DNA of 64,000 nucleotides from Xylographa opegraphella. Taxonomy: Eukaryota. The translations under genes and the position numbers were made by a program. The notes below the pieces were generated by a model. It saw only the letters and a program-made list of their open reading frames with translations, was not told where the DNA came from and made no database searches. Location of the stretch: NCBI GenBank assembly GCA_022813865.1, contig JALDZX010000002.1, positions 62,001 through 126,000 on the forward strand. The letters run 5' to 3'. Positions 51,916 to 64,000 of the stretch are shown piece after piece; the first letter of the stretch is position 1; each line of letters begins with the position of its first letter.

Positions 51916-53292
51916 CGTGCCCAAAGTGAGATGTAAGGACTATTCTCAAAGCGCGTGTCCGGGGCAAACCTGAGCAGGATGGTCGTTGTCGTCAGACGTG
52001 GATGTTTGCAACAGCATACACTACTAGGTCATTGGTCACCGGGGATCTACGTAGTAGGGCAGCATGATCTATGAGTACCTTTTGATTGGTCAGTTGTCCG
52101 CTACCGCACTAACCATTCTAGAACTTAGCGGTATCGGTTGCTGGCAAAGACTTGCGGCTATGTTTCCTACGTAGTGACTACCATGCCTGATATGTCTTTT
52201 GTGCTTCGCTACCTCGAGGCCTGTTTCAGCTTGCATGGCAGATCTTGTGTTGCCAATCAAAACTTCCCGATGGTCTGGGGCAACATCGAATCCACTTCAG
52301 ATTATTTCAAAGCATGCAGGGTAGCTGTAGAGCTATTATTATAAAGCTGGCCCAGACCTGGTTGGGTCGACAGAACTCATCACCAGCAAGTATATATTGG
52401 AAGATTGACCTCTAGCAATCAGTCAGGGAGCTCGATGATTTCAGCAAAAAGACTAATAGTTATCTTCTATATTTATTACTTCTCTCCCTTCTTCCTATTC
52501 TATCGAAGTATGCCCTTTGATTATGGTGCCTTTTTCTTCTTCTTCTTTTAAACTTTTTAGTGTTCCAAGCGCTTCTCCCAAATCATTAGCTTCCGCTCAC
52601 GTTGCATAGCGTAGTAATCTATGATCTCTGCTCAGATATCTATCCAAGAGAGCAAGGAACCGCTTGCATGCTACTGGTGCTTGCCTTTGAGACTTCATGT
52701 ATGGTGTCCATCGCTCCTTAACGTCGCCATCAGCATGAATAGAATGTCCAAGGCACTCCCATCGTGAACATGGACCTTAGCGCTGACCTAGCGTCGTGCC
52801 TTACTACGAGCCGCTGGGACTATAGAAGAACCTCCCACTAAGCCGAAGATCATCCAAAATGACTGGTAGTCAGCAACTGTGCCCCTTGAAAGACTCGAGC
52901 CTGTGCGGCTACGTTGCACTACTTTCGTGGGATATCAGACAAAGTCTTGTCCGGTGCCTTGCCATCATGCGAGGATGGAATGGGTGTAAGGAAGTTGGAT
53001 GTAAGAATCAAGTGGGAGTGAAGTTGTCAAACGCTGAACTACAGAATGACAGATAGACCACATGCCTCATCCGGTGTACTAGTAATAAACACTGATTAAG
53101 CACAATCGAATGAATCATGATTGTATACGGCACTATAGATATGCTTAACACCGTCCATCATGAGACTCGCACACCCTCCCTTCGTGAGAAGGTAATCGTG
53201 AAAAATCTGACGTGGTTTTCCGCCCCGCTCCAATCCAAATTACTGCTGAGAAATCTTCCAGTGATTGTACCATTATCATGAATGACAAAGAT

Positions 53293-54039
53293 TCAATCCT
53301 GAATAGGCTGATCGTACATAAGCTTGTCCATCAGATCTGTGAAGCTCCCGTCCGGGTTCATAAGCTGTGCGGCTGGACTAACGAAGGTGTCCGGAGGCTG
53401 TCGCATACATCCAAAAAACCCGTACTCAAACACCCAGTCTGCCCCATCCATATAGTTGGCCAGTTGTGAGGTAAAGCCGAGAACGCTCGCTCCGTTTCGA
53501 TCGATCGAAGCGATTTCAGATACAATGATCGGCTGCGAATACTTCGAGTGCATATTTTCCAGAAATTGAATCGCGGCGTTCCCATCGGTCCCATAGTAGT
53601 GGAGGCCCAGATAATCTGGAGCTTTGTCGGAGACGCGTCCCATGAAATCTGCAATCCACGCCTGGCCGGCGTCGTCATTCGAACAGGAAGGACTGACGAG
53701 TTGCTTTCCTTTCTGCTCACGAAGAGGCACCATCTGGTTATGCCAAACATCTGCCGCGTGTTCCGCAGAAATTCCGGCGCGCTCGGGCTCGTTGAAGAAG
53801 TGAATGATCGGCTGATCGGTGTTTTGAATCATGTCCCAGTCGTTTCCAGAAAGCTGGGCTTCCAGATGTACCATTGGACGAAATGGAGCACGGCCCTTGA
53901 GCTCGGGAGGCACCCATGCGTTCCAGTTACTCACAGATGATGCAGGCCCATCAAAGTTGACCTTGTCCATGGCCCATGGAACACCCGAGTCGCCGGTATT
54001 TGTACAGTCCCATAAGAGGCAGCGCTTTTTCACTGCCAT
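53293..54039 (-). CDS. GH128 beta-1,3-glucanase without signal peptide (resembles subgroup VI, from memory)
   Basis: MAVKKRCLLWD, SNWNAW, FRPMVH, FFNEPE (acid/base), LGLHYY, IIVSEIA (nucleophile) and EYGFFG; intronless. Confidence 0.9.
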   Translation of the reverse strand: MAVKKRCLLWDCTNTGDSGVPWAMDKVNFDGPASSVSNWNAWVPPELKGRAPFRPMVHLEAQLSGNDWDMIQNTDQPIIHFFNEPERAGISAEHAADVWHNQMVPLREQKGKQLVSPSCSNDDAGQAWIADFMGRVSDKAPDYLGLHYYGTDGNAAIQFLENMHSKYSQPIIVSEIASIDRNGASVLGFTSQLANYMDGADWVFEYGFFGCMRQPPDTFVSPAAQLMNPDGSFTDLMDKLMYDQPIQD

Positions 54040-55395
54040 GTTATTGCCTTCGTTCACCAAGTTCTGCCAAATAAAACAACTGTTACAAGTCGAATAAATC
54101 AGGATATTGGTCAAATATAATTAAGGATAATATCACTATCAGAAAGCGGAAACAGAATTATGTGAGTCAAATGAAAGAACTGGGTACGCTGCAGCGGTAC
54201 TTAAATATGTCGGGCGGCTGTGCATGCTGCATCGAATTCGGCTTTTGTGTTTGGAGCTGAAATATACTGTTATTTTACCGCCTACAACTGTAGGGTTAGC
54301 AGAAGTGGGTTAGTACAGCATGAATGGGGGTCGCTAAAGCACAACTTCCATGCGGCAACCTCGTTCCGAAGGTAAGGATTGTCGGGTTACATTCTGGCTG
54401 AGCTCGAGTGATAGGTCCCTATTATCGTAGAGCTGAGATGCAAAGATGTATCATTTTCTCAATCCTGAAGGTATACAAAGCGGTGAACGGCGGCAATCCT
54501 CATTTAGTATCAGTGTAACGCACAGTCAGTCCGGACAACGTGTTTGATTGGCAGTCGTAGACACTAGATGGTCTCGACGCCAGGAATTCAAGGCTGCGCT
54601 GAGGCTGTTTCGCAGAAAGGATTACGCCGTCGGCTCAACAATACATGTTTGCTGACACCACGACGTCGAAGGCACCTTGTACCTGGGCGCGGCAATTTCT
54701 CCACTAAGGCAGATTAAGCCTAGTGCAACGCGTAGGACTTATCTGGCGGACGCTGAGGAGTCTGACACGCCGTGCAGGCTTCTGGGGCTTCTGGGGCTGG
54801 GTTCTTGTGCTGTATGACATTATGCGACACACGTCCCAGAGACGGCAGCTCTCTGACTTCAGGTGTATACCAATAGCGTGGCTGTAGCGGCACTGTCTAC
54901 CGAAAAGTAGCGTGAAGACGACACATCCTGCTCAGGATCATTGCATAAGGCACCTGGATCCTATGCTGGATCCTGCATTGCGTGACTTGCCTGAGCTACT
55001 TCCAGTTTCCTATGCACCGAGATCGCACATGATGGTGGCATGTACACAGGATCAAGACTTTGTTTCATGATGCGCTTACTCTGCCTTGCCTTATTACATG
55101 AGTTTTGGGGATTCATGGCGTCGAGCCCTCGCTCTGAGCTCGCATGGGGGTTCGTTACTGGCTGCACTAAATGATATAAGACTGCAAATCTCCGGTACAT
55201 CTATTCGAGTTTCCAAAGTGCTCTGCCTGTTATACGCAAGGCATTATATATTTTTCACTTTAACTCCCTATATATAACACTGTATCGCTACTGTTCTCCA
55301 AGCTCTACCAATCAAGGTAATACTTTATTATTTCCGTCGAAAGCCTCGTACTTGCTATCTCAAATCCATGAAGCATAGTGGCACCGCAAAACACA

Positions 55396-56054
55396 ATGGC
55401 GCACAATATCAATATCACCAATTTGTCAGGCCACGATCAGGAGTTTGAAGTACACGGATGGAACAACAGCAGCAACCTGACTGTCCAAGCGGGCGCAACT
55501 GTCAGTATCGAAGCAAACGATGGATCATCTGGGGCTATTATCGCATTACATGAGGGACATGAAGGCGAACAGGCAGAGATTACGAAATGTGGATTTGGTG
55601 GTAGCACGCCTACGGAATTTCCTTTTGAGACGTTAGCCATATACTGATCATTTAGCCAGGAAACGATTTTTTCGACATCAGTAACATCTGCGGTGCAGGC
55701 GGTAATTTAACTATACAACAAGCTGGAAAACCGGAAACGAGGAAAGGTGCCCCAACCTTCATGCAGCAGTGCAACGACGCCTATCAGCAAGCGGATGAAA
55801 ATACGAAGCAATCCCTGCAAGCTTGCGTGCACCTCGACGGTTCAGGCAATGTGGTCAGAATCGATGCGTGCAAGGACTTCCCTCAACTTGAGGCGTTCGT
55901 GCGCACGTTCGCGGATGGCAAAACATATATCGGTGTGGGCGCCTGGGATGGCAGTGCAGGGGCTGCCAGCGACAACAACCAATCATCTGCTGCGCAGGGT
56001 AGTACAGATCTGCAAGTCACGTATAATGATGGGGATGCCACTCCGCCATCTTGA
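55396..56054 (+). CDS. Thaumatin/osmotin-like protein A without signal peptide (hypothetical)
   Basis: Exons 55396-55600 and 55660-56054 join in frame: MAHNINITNLSG...EQAEITKCGFGGNDFFDISNICGAGG...KTYIGVG. TATATAA box at about 55271. Confidence 0.72.
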
Positions 56055-56588
56055 ATGCGACTCACTAAGTGTAATACCGGGAAGTAAAGGATGGAAATAT
56101 GTCAATCTCTATTACCAAATATTCTATTACTAGCTTCACGTCTCAAAAAGCCATCTGTTTGGTCTCTTTTGTTAGTATTCTATAATGTACGGATTTACAG
56201 CTGTCTTCCTGTGCAAAGCGTGACGCCGGGTCTTGCAATTGCAATTGGTCCGGTGGGTCGTGAGCCAGATATCTGTAGCAATGGGCGACCAATATTTGCG
56301 AAAGGACGCCATCACCCTTGCAGATCCTTATGGCACAGATTCCGCTGAGCGTCAAGGCGGATTCCATCAGACATGGGGGCCATTTTTGGCACTCCTAAGA
56401 GAAGCTGCGACGCTGTCGCCTATATAATGCACTGGAGGCCCTCATGATCTGTTTCGTTTCTATTTACTGCAAAATTCGGATCTAAAACCCGTTGCAGCAC
56501 CAACTCCCCTTCTCTAATAGGTCAACATCTTCATCAAACATTAGCCAGACTAATCATCAACGAGAAACCTCTACCTACACGACCCACC

Positions 56589-57161
56589 ATGTCCGAACCG
56601 AATGGACCCGGCATCATATTGAGCAACAAATCGGCCCAGGAACAAACCTACGTCTTCTACGACAATTTCTGGAACGGCGTCGGCACGGCCGGCGCGAATT
56701 TCGATCACCCCGGCACTTCCGTCACCCTTCAGCCTGGGGAGACTCAGTTCGTCAGTCTTCCAGACACGTTCAAAGGACGAGTCCAACGCGGCACGCAGCT
56801 TCCTGCCACATGGGTGGAATTCCAGGTCAAGGCTGATAACGATGGTGCCGCTCACGGTGATATCAGTCTGGAGCAGGGCTGCGATGGGGCAGCGACCATA
56901 AGTGCTACTGACGGCAGTGGGCGTTCGAACGGGTTTTCAGATGATATCCTGTCCGGAGCGCCTGATGCCGCTCTCGGGCAACGGTCGGATGGGGTGAAAG
57001 CTCTGGCGACCACGATGGGGAATTGGACTGGCGGTCCGAATCAGGCTGCGATAAACTACTTGAATCAAGTTGTGGGACAGCAGAAGGCGTATATTGTTGG
57101 AGGTACTGGGACGGATGACGTAGCTTCCAGTAATATGTGTCTGGCTGTAGATTTCTATTGA
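56589..57161 (+). CDS. Thaumatin/osmotin-like protein B without signal peptide (hypothetical)
   Basis: 190-aa intronless ORF with IILSNKS, TLQPGET, FKGRVQRG, ATWVEF, HGDISLEQG, KAYIVGG and terminal LAVDFY, which parallel thaumatin beta-sandwich motifs. TATATAA at 56421. Confidence 0.75.
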   Translation: MSEPNGPGIILSNKSAQEQTYVFYDNFWNGVGTAGANFDHPGTSVTLQPGETQFVSLPDTFKGRVQRGTQLPATWVEFQVKADNDGAAHGDISLEQGCDGAATISATDGSGRSNGFSDDILSGAPDAALGQRSDGVKALATTMGNWTGGPNQAAINYLNQVVGQQKAYIVGGTGTDDVASSNMCLAVDFY

Positions 57162-58936
57162 GTTCCTACTGCGGAAGGACTAAATTATCAATTATATCCT
57201 TGTTCGATTGGAAGCGGGTGGTCAAAGGACTTGACCATAGTCGTGTCCTGTTGGTATGCTTAAATATGCAGTTGTTTAATTCTGTAACTTCAACTATTGT
57301 ATTCCGTATGACTATCGTAAAGGATAGTCTGGTGACATTACATTGAAACGTCTGTGGGGTTTATACTTCCGTTTCGTAACCCGGCGGCACAGGAATTATC
57401 TCCCAGGCGATCAACGGCGTATGATATTCAGCTCACCTCGGCGGCCTGCACTCTGACATGCAGTCGAGGCACAATCAGCTGGTCATATCTACGTGCATGA
57501 GCTGCTAACAAGTTCAGTCGAGTAGCCGGTAGCCGCCGAGTTTTGGGTGCCTCATCCTGCAGCAGTGTCAGCGCTATGGACAGCAGGATCATGAAATAAC
57601 GGCTCAGCTACGCGGGCTGTTCCAGATCCTTTGATTTGGACTCGTCACCCATCAGCGGCTTTGATAGCCCTTTATATAGCCCCAGAGCCAGCGAATTAGC
57701 TACAAGCACACAACCCGGACCGGGCTCTCTTCTGGAGAAAGTTTCTCGACTGCAGGTATTGAGAGCCTTGTGCACCGCTCTGCCTTTGTCGAGGCCCCCA
57801 TTTCGAGCTTCAATCGTTTGCTCGAACATACTATTCATTGATGGCGCACTATCCGATGAACAGAATACCCATGATGTGCTCCAATAGTGTACCTATCTCG
57901 TCCGTGTCCAAGTGATCTTTCTTTCATGATCTTTCAGATTTACCAAAAGACTGCTTCTCCCACAGCTCGTCAAGCCGCTCAGGCTCAGGGCGATGACCGA
58001 CAAGACCGTCAGTGGACGCTACAGCACAGTAGGATCCCACGCGCAAGCGCTCGCCAAGGCCAACGACGATATCAACCATCGCGGTGTAATATGCCAGGGC
58101 AGGAATCTGTATTGAATCGGCAGCAATATCGACACGTTGAGTATAGGTGAATAAACAGACAAATTATCTCTGGCATAGCATCGGTGACGTGTCCTTTGGA
58201 AGTTATGGTCACTGCATTCAGGTATGTCTCCGGTATGGAGCATGAATAAGCTACAAACTGAGCGCTCGCACAATAAGTCATAAAACCAGCTACCACAAGC
58301 GTAGGCATCGGTCCTGTAACGAAAGGGACACAATCGTTGTGATTCAACATAACCCACAAGTAGGCTGGATATAAGAACGCCTACAAATACTCCAGCTGGC
58401 ACTTCACAAATCGAAATCCGGTTTCCAATGCCAAGGAGGCAGAAAATAATCCCATACCAAAGGAGAAGGTGGCGAGCGCATTAGATAAGATAAGCTGTGA
58501 TAGCCTAAGGTAGTTGTATAAGTGTTATGAATCCCTACACATTCTGCGTGTAGCGATGTATGTGTCCACGATTGTTTTAGCAAGCGTAATGGTAATTGTG
58601 TGACATAGACACTGATGCATATTCCCTCTCTTGTATTTCCAACTTCAAAGCAAGATTACAAGCTGAGCAAACCGAGATGAGAATCGCTTCGTTCTGGTAC
58701 AGAAATGTAGGTACGCTCCGTAGATTGAATAGAAGGTTAAGCGGAGGAAAATTGTAATCTCGTTAGGTCCGTTGGGATATCGTGTTACCCCTGCTACCTA
58801 AATTCGCGCGCTAAAGCGGTAGAATAGGCGCCAGACGAGCCGTAAATGCATTATCTCATACTTCAAAGCATTCTATTTTCCGAAACAATAACCGCTTGGT
58901 CTCCAAGCTTTATTGAGGCTCTCAATAACATCAAGG

Positions 58937-59709
58937 ATGAGGGCTCCCAGTATCCAATTAATCAGTTTACTCAGGTATGTTGAACATGGGCAAAGCTGTT
59001 GTAAACTGCAGCGGCGAATTCTCTCCCATGCTCAGCATGCTGTCCCACCATTTCGAAGGGATTTGAGCCAGTCCGTTCATAAAGCCCGATTCTCCTCATC
59101 GGCGACTCTTCGTGATACAACGACGGCTGCCAAGTCCACAGACCGGGGACCGTCATCAGAGGAGGATACTCAGACTGATTTTGGCTCAATGAACGTCCTG
59201 GGCAATACTCCTCCGCCAACTACGTCCATCGATGCTTGTCTGACTGACGGCTTCCACCTTGATAACGGTCTGAAAGTTGGTGGTGGATCGGGTTGTCTCC
59301 TGGTTGCTGGGGAAGCTTTCAGCTGGAGACCCTGGGAAGCATCGGCCACATCCAAAAAAAGGCAGATGATAAATGCTCAAGGTCAATGGGAAGTTGAGAG
59401 AGAGGCCTGGGGTATACTAGATCTCGTCTGGCCGAAGCCTGGTACGATCGCATGACATGACATGTTCCACTCTCGAATCCTAGGTTCGCACACTGACTGC
59501 CTTTATGTATAGATATGTTGATATTGGGACTGGGTGCTTCGACTTATCCAATATCACCGGAAACTCGGAAGTATATCAACTCGCTAGGTATAAAAGTTGA
59601 TATTCAGGATACCAGAAATGCTGCAGCGCAGTTCAACCTGCTAGCCACGGAAAGAGGCGTTGGTAGTATTGCTGCAGCTTTGATTCCAATTGGGTTCAAA
59701 GGACGTTAG
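58937..59709 (+). CDS. NDUFAF3: Mitochondrial complex I assembly factor NDUFAF3 (Mth938 domain)
   Basis: Mitochondrial-type presequence; LVWPKP|DMLILGLG...DTRNAAAQFNLLATERG. Intron 59442-59512. Confidence 0.92.
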
Positions 59710-61675
59710 TGCCAAGCGTGACGGACATCAACGTGCCAGGAATGGTCATGGGCTTACGGTCCTCCAAGGTCGATATGGCATATTTTGTATGTTACGACGC
59801 ATTCTGAAATGGCGAATGCTCAACCTACTGAGGATCTGGCCTAAGTCTTGATTGCTCGGCTTGAGAGCTGGCTCCATTCAGTGCAAGAATAGGTGTTTGC
59901 TGAAGATTCCTTGTAGATACTTGCTTTAAACCTATTCATGGGCTGACTTCTGTGATACTGTGTATACTATCATATCATAGCGAAAGCCATTCACCCTTCG
60001 AAAATCATCAATGTCTATATACCACCTACGAGTTATACTATCGTGTCGGTCATCTTGACGGGCTGTTCTATTCAGCTGTTTACCCCTTTTAGTTATATTT
60101 TGTAACCGGTTTTCTACACCATATGTCATACCTTGGGCTCAGTATCATCTTACTCCTTGGCATTCCTTGATTGCCTTTCTATGGGACCGCTCTGTAACGT
60201 GCAGCAGCTTTCGCTGGCAGTGTCAGTAGTCATGCGACTGCTTTCGTGCTTTACAGTTTTCAGTTATCAGGCAGATATTGGCCTCTTACGTATTATATAA
60301 GCACTCGTTTTTTTCCCCCACAATACCTAGTCCATTGTGCAAGCTGGTCGAGTAGATGACCCCAAGCCCTAAAACAAGCAAGCTTGTTCTCGAAGCGGTT
60401 GTGAGCCTATTTCACAGATCTATATTGTGTGGCGTGGTATACAGTAATCATATGTCCATTCGAGTCCGTGACTCCCTTCCTGTCGAATTTGGAGCTTCAC
60501 TCATGGAAGCAGGAGCAGCCACTCCTTTTTTCTCCTGTATTATTTGCCTAGTGGGCATAGTCATCCTTCACCTCCTGTCTCCGTCCTTCAACCTTCTTTA
60601 GGAGTTATATATATCAGAAACAGACGACAGCCACATCTTTAAGGCTGAATATCCGATGGTCCATAGCTACCTTATGTCTCGCAGCTTATTTTCTTCCTAA
60701 ATTCGTCTAATGGCTGCATTATATAAATTTGTCACGATACCTAGCCCTAGGCCATCCCATGCGTCAGAGCTTTGACGATAGCGAAGACCGAGAATCGATC
60801 TTGTGCTGCGCTTGAGATACTCTGATCCACGAGTGTCTGCTACTTCAACGCGTTAAAAGCACAGCTTTTAGCCCCTGATAGAGATATAGACTCGTCTTTA
60901 ATTGTTACAATCGCTTATCCGCTACAACCTGATATGAAAGGAGTTACAACTTTAGACCGTCGATACAGTTGCAAGATCACAGTATTCATGGGACAAACAT
61001 CAAGGAACAAGACCGAACGCTTTGAGAGATAATATAGCGAGTCCTTTGCATGGACTCGAATTGATCGTCCTCCGAGAGTCGAAGAAATGATGAGGAAATG
61101 AGCTTTCCTTTGCAAGGGTGGGTCTACGCTACTCGTCAGGATTATATTAGCATATCATCGTCCACCTTCGCTCACTCCCAGTGTCTCTCACTTTATACAA
61201 GAAGTCAACGCTCGACCCAGACCACAACTGGAGTAGATTTTCCAAGAAGAAAAAGGGAAAAGGAGCATATTATACAGGGCATTCAAAATAATTAAGAGAT
61301 TATTGGAGACTGTGAGACATGATCCAGAATTTTCTATAACCCATCCAGGGGCGGCGACCAGTGGAGTTTGATAAGCAGACAATGGAGCAGTTCATGCCGG
61401 TGTTACATAGTGGCAAAAGCCATAGCCAAGCAACAAACAATACTGAAATATGCAGACGCAGGGGGGAATTTGTAATGCTTCACCGCCTCTGAACCACCAT
61501 TCTTCTAGGCGTGGTTGACAATCAGTAATTTGACCATTGCCGCGAAGAGGTCTTAGGTAGCCAGACAGTGTTCTCAGAACCAGCTCAAATTGTCTCCCAT
61601 TATAGGAATTGTTGAAAACGTCCGGAACATATTGTATTGTGTAGCTAGGACATGTGCTAATCTAACGCTCACCAT

Positions 61676-62326
61676 CTAACGCTTCTTCTGGTTCTCCTTC
61701 AGCACCTTCTTTACGATCTTCTGCTCTTCAATCAAGAATGCCCGCACTACCCGATCCTTAACACAGTTTGAACATCTCGAGCCCCCATATGCACGCTGAA
61801 CCGTCTTCTTTGGTTTGGAGATTTGGGAGTATTCTCGGGGTCGCAGAGCGGGGATCTATATATCGAAAATCGTCAGCACACGGTTGTTTTAAGAACGTCT
61901 GCCAATATGGGAGCCATGGGCTGTAGCGCTTAAGATTTCAGAGCCGCTGGTGGCCTGAACACACTATTTCGCCACGAGTTCGCCACGAGGTCCATTCTTT
62001 GTGGTGACAAGCTGGCTCGATCATGGGGCACCTACACCGGGAAGTTTGATGCCGCAGTCACCGCATTTTGGTGCGGTTCCCTTCTTTTTGATGTGTAGAT
62101 AGCGTAATTCTCCTCCGGGCGTCTTGATCACACGGACTTTGTTCGAGCGTGTATTGTATCTGAACTTTGGTGTTAGATTATCCCGGGGATACCTCCACTT
62201 CAATATAGGCCCAACTAGATAAACGAGGGACTTACGGATTCCTCCGGCGCTGAGAGACGTCGATTAGCACGTGCATTATAACATTGTAGACACAGAGCTT
62301 ACATATGTCAGTCTCGACGACGGCAT
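61676..62326 (-). CDS. rpl34: 60S ribosomal protein L34 (eL34)
   Basis: Exons 62326-62303, 62249-62236, 62159-62036 and 61855-61676 give [20 protein letters not shown]...[16 protein letters not shown]...RAYGGSRC...KKR*. Confidence 0.97.
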
Positions 62327-62702
62327 GATGGCTTAGAGAGGATGTTGTAGAGATTTAGAGTCGTTGTCGCGAAATTCGCTGCGCTGATCGCGAATCTGAT
62401 GTTGAATTATCGATGTGTGGGTGCTAGTCCTAGAATTGACTAAAAGGGTAACTAGCGCCGTTCCGCGAAACGTTCCATATTGAAGGCAAGACGAACGCCA
62501 CTTTTTTCGACAGCTGTGATACCACACCAGAGTGCTGTGTCTACAGGCTCCGTGTTTGTAAATTCCTTGTTGTCTCTTCAGTTTACATTGGACCATCATC
62601 ACTGGAGGCTTCTACAAGGTATCAGTGTCTGAACGACACTCACACGTGCGCGTCGACAGGGTTTTTCACCTCTTGAAGCCCACCAACATTCTTTCTATCG
62701 AT

Positions 62703-64000
62703 ATGGCATCATTACCCCCTCCTCCTCCAGGATGGGGTGTATCTGCGCCACCAGGCATGCCTTCAGCTCCGCCTCCTCCAGGTTATCGACCGCCAGCTGA
62801 TCCGCAAGTTGCGAAGTTTGCGCAAAAGAAGAAGGAATGGCTTCGTTCGCAGCGAAACCGCTTCGGAGAGAAGAGGAAAAGTGGATTCGTGGAAACTCAG
62901 AAGGCCGATATGCCACCGGAACACTTGAGGAAGATTGTGAAGGACATTGGAGATGTTTCACAGAAGAAGTTTAGCAGTGACAAACGGAGTTATCTCGGAG
63001 CTTTGAAATTTATGCCACACGCTGTACTGAAGCTGCTGGAAAATATGCCCATGCCTTGGGAGTCGTCTCGGGAAGTTAAAGTGTTATACCACGTCAACGG
63101 GTGTCTGACACTGGTCAATGAGATTCCGAGAGTCATCGAGCCAGTCTTCCACGCACAGTGGGCTACGATGTGGGTGTGTATGAGAAGGGAAAAGAGTGAC
63201 AGAAGGCATTTCAAACGTATGCGTTTTCCCCCATTTGATGATGAGGAGCCACCTTTGTCGTGGTCAGAAAACATTGAAGACGTTGAGCCTCTTGAACCTA
63301 TTCAGATGGAGCTTGACGAAATAGAGGATGGGCCTGTCTTGGAATGGTTCTATGAGCATCGACCTCTTCTGGAAAGTCCCAATGTCAACGGGGCGAGCTA
63401 CAAAGAGTGGAACCTCACTCTTCCTCAAATGGCAACACTTTATCGGTTAAGCCACCAACTTCTCAGCGATCTAGTCGACGAAAACTACTTTCATATGTTT
63501 GATCTTAAAAGCTTTCTTACTGCAAAGGCCCTTAATGTTGCCATCCCTGGTGGACCGCGCTTCGAGCCTCTGTACAAAGATGTTGATCCGAACGACGAAG
63601 ACTTTGGGGAGTTCAACGCGATCGATCGAATAATATTCCGTGCGCCCATCAGGACGGAATACCGGGTGGCCTTTCCTTTCCTTTACAATTCCTTGCCCCG
63701 AAGCGTTCAACTATCTTGGTACTCCTACCCACAGGTCGTATATGTCAATGCCGAAGACCCAAACCTACCAGCGTTCTACTTTGATCCTGTAATTAATCCG
63801 ATATCGTCGCGTTCCGTCGCGCCTAAGAATCTCACTGTTAGCCACGAAGATGAGATATTTGGGTATGGCAATTCCGAAGACGAGGAATTCAAGCTACCTG
63901 GCAATACGGAGCCTTTTCTGGCAGACGAGGAGCTTTACACTAGCGAAACCTCCTCTGCGATCAAGCTTTGGTGGGCACCATTTCCTTTCGACCGCCGTTC
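62703..64000 (+). CDS. prp8: Pre-mRNA splicing factor Prp8, 5' part (runs off the window)
   Basis: Pro-rich N-terminus, then [63 protein letters not shown] and [11 protein letters not shown]. Confidence 0.98.
   Translation, partial: MASLPPPPPGWGVSAPPGMPSAPPPPGYRPPADPQVAKFAQKKKEWLRSQRNRFGEKRKSGFVETQKADMPPEHLRKIVKDIGDVSQKKFSSDKRSYLGALKFMPHAVLKLLENMPMPWESSREVKVLYHVNGCLTLVNEIPRVIEPVFHAQWATMWVCMRREKSDRRHFKRMRFPPFDDEEPPLSWSENIEDVEPLEPIQMELDEIEDGPVLEWFYEHRPLLESPNVNGASYKEWNLTLPQMATLYRLSHQLLSDLVDENYFHMFDLKSFLTAKALNVAIPGGPRFEPLYKDVDPNDEDFGEFNAIDRIIFRAPIRTEYRVAFPFLYNSLPRSVQLSWYSYPQVVYVNAEDPNLPAFYFDPVINPISSRSVAPKNLTVSHEDEIFGYGNSEDEEFKLPGNTEPFLADEELYTSETSSAIKLWWAPFPFDRR

Noticed and set aside
57570..58140. 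Fragments faintly resembling a NACHT domain (TAQLRGLFQIL, ILFIDG)
   Set aside because: Too short and frame-broken, and no P-loop found; would need an HMM search.

Overview
Intron-containing genomic DNA from a filamentous ascomycete (Pezizomycotina-type genes; short GT..AG introns with CTRAY branch sites). I can support about 26 protein-coding loci. Most are conserved genes: a PTH11-like GPCR, AIF, cnxG/MOCS2A, DSS1/cyt-4, a GFA-family protein, TOM6, an OPT transporter, a Zn2Cys6 factor, GH93, an ADH6-like dehydrogenase, NUP85, TinA/ADIP, two Myb proteins, UTR2/CRH2, PHO8, NDUFAF3, RPL34 and the 5' end of PRP8. Two accessory clusters are the best candidates for undescribed systems: (i) three tandem, intronless, divergent Met-Cys-initiated Cys/His-rich small proteins (46.1-49.6 kb), and (ii) a GH128 beta-1,3-glucanase next to two thaumatin-like proteins, none with a signal peptide (53.3-57.2 kb). 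Also present: a BTB pseudogene, tandem repeats that multiply MCB- and PacC-type sites, a structured intron in TOM6, a poison NAGNAG acceptor, and recurrent GC-rich islands. I recognised no tRNA, rRNA, CRISPR array or intact transposon. All calls and exon boundaries were read by eye without database searches.
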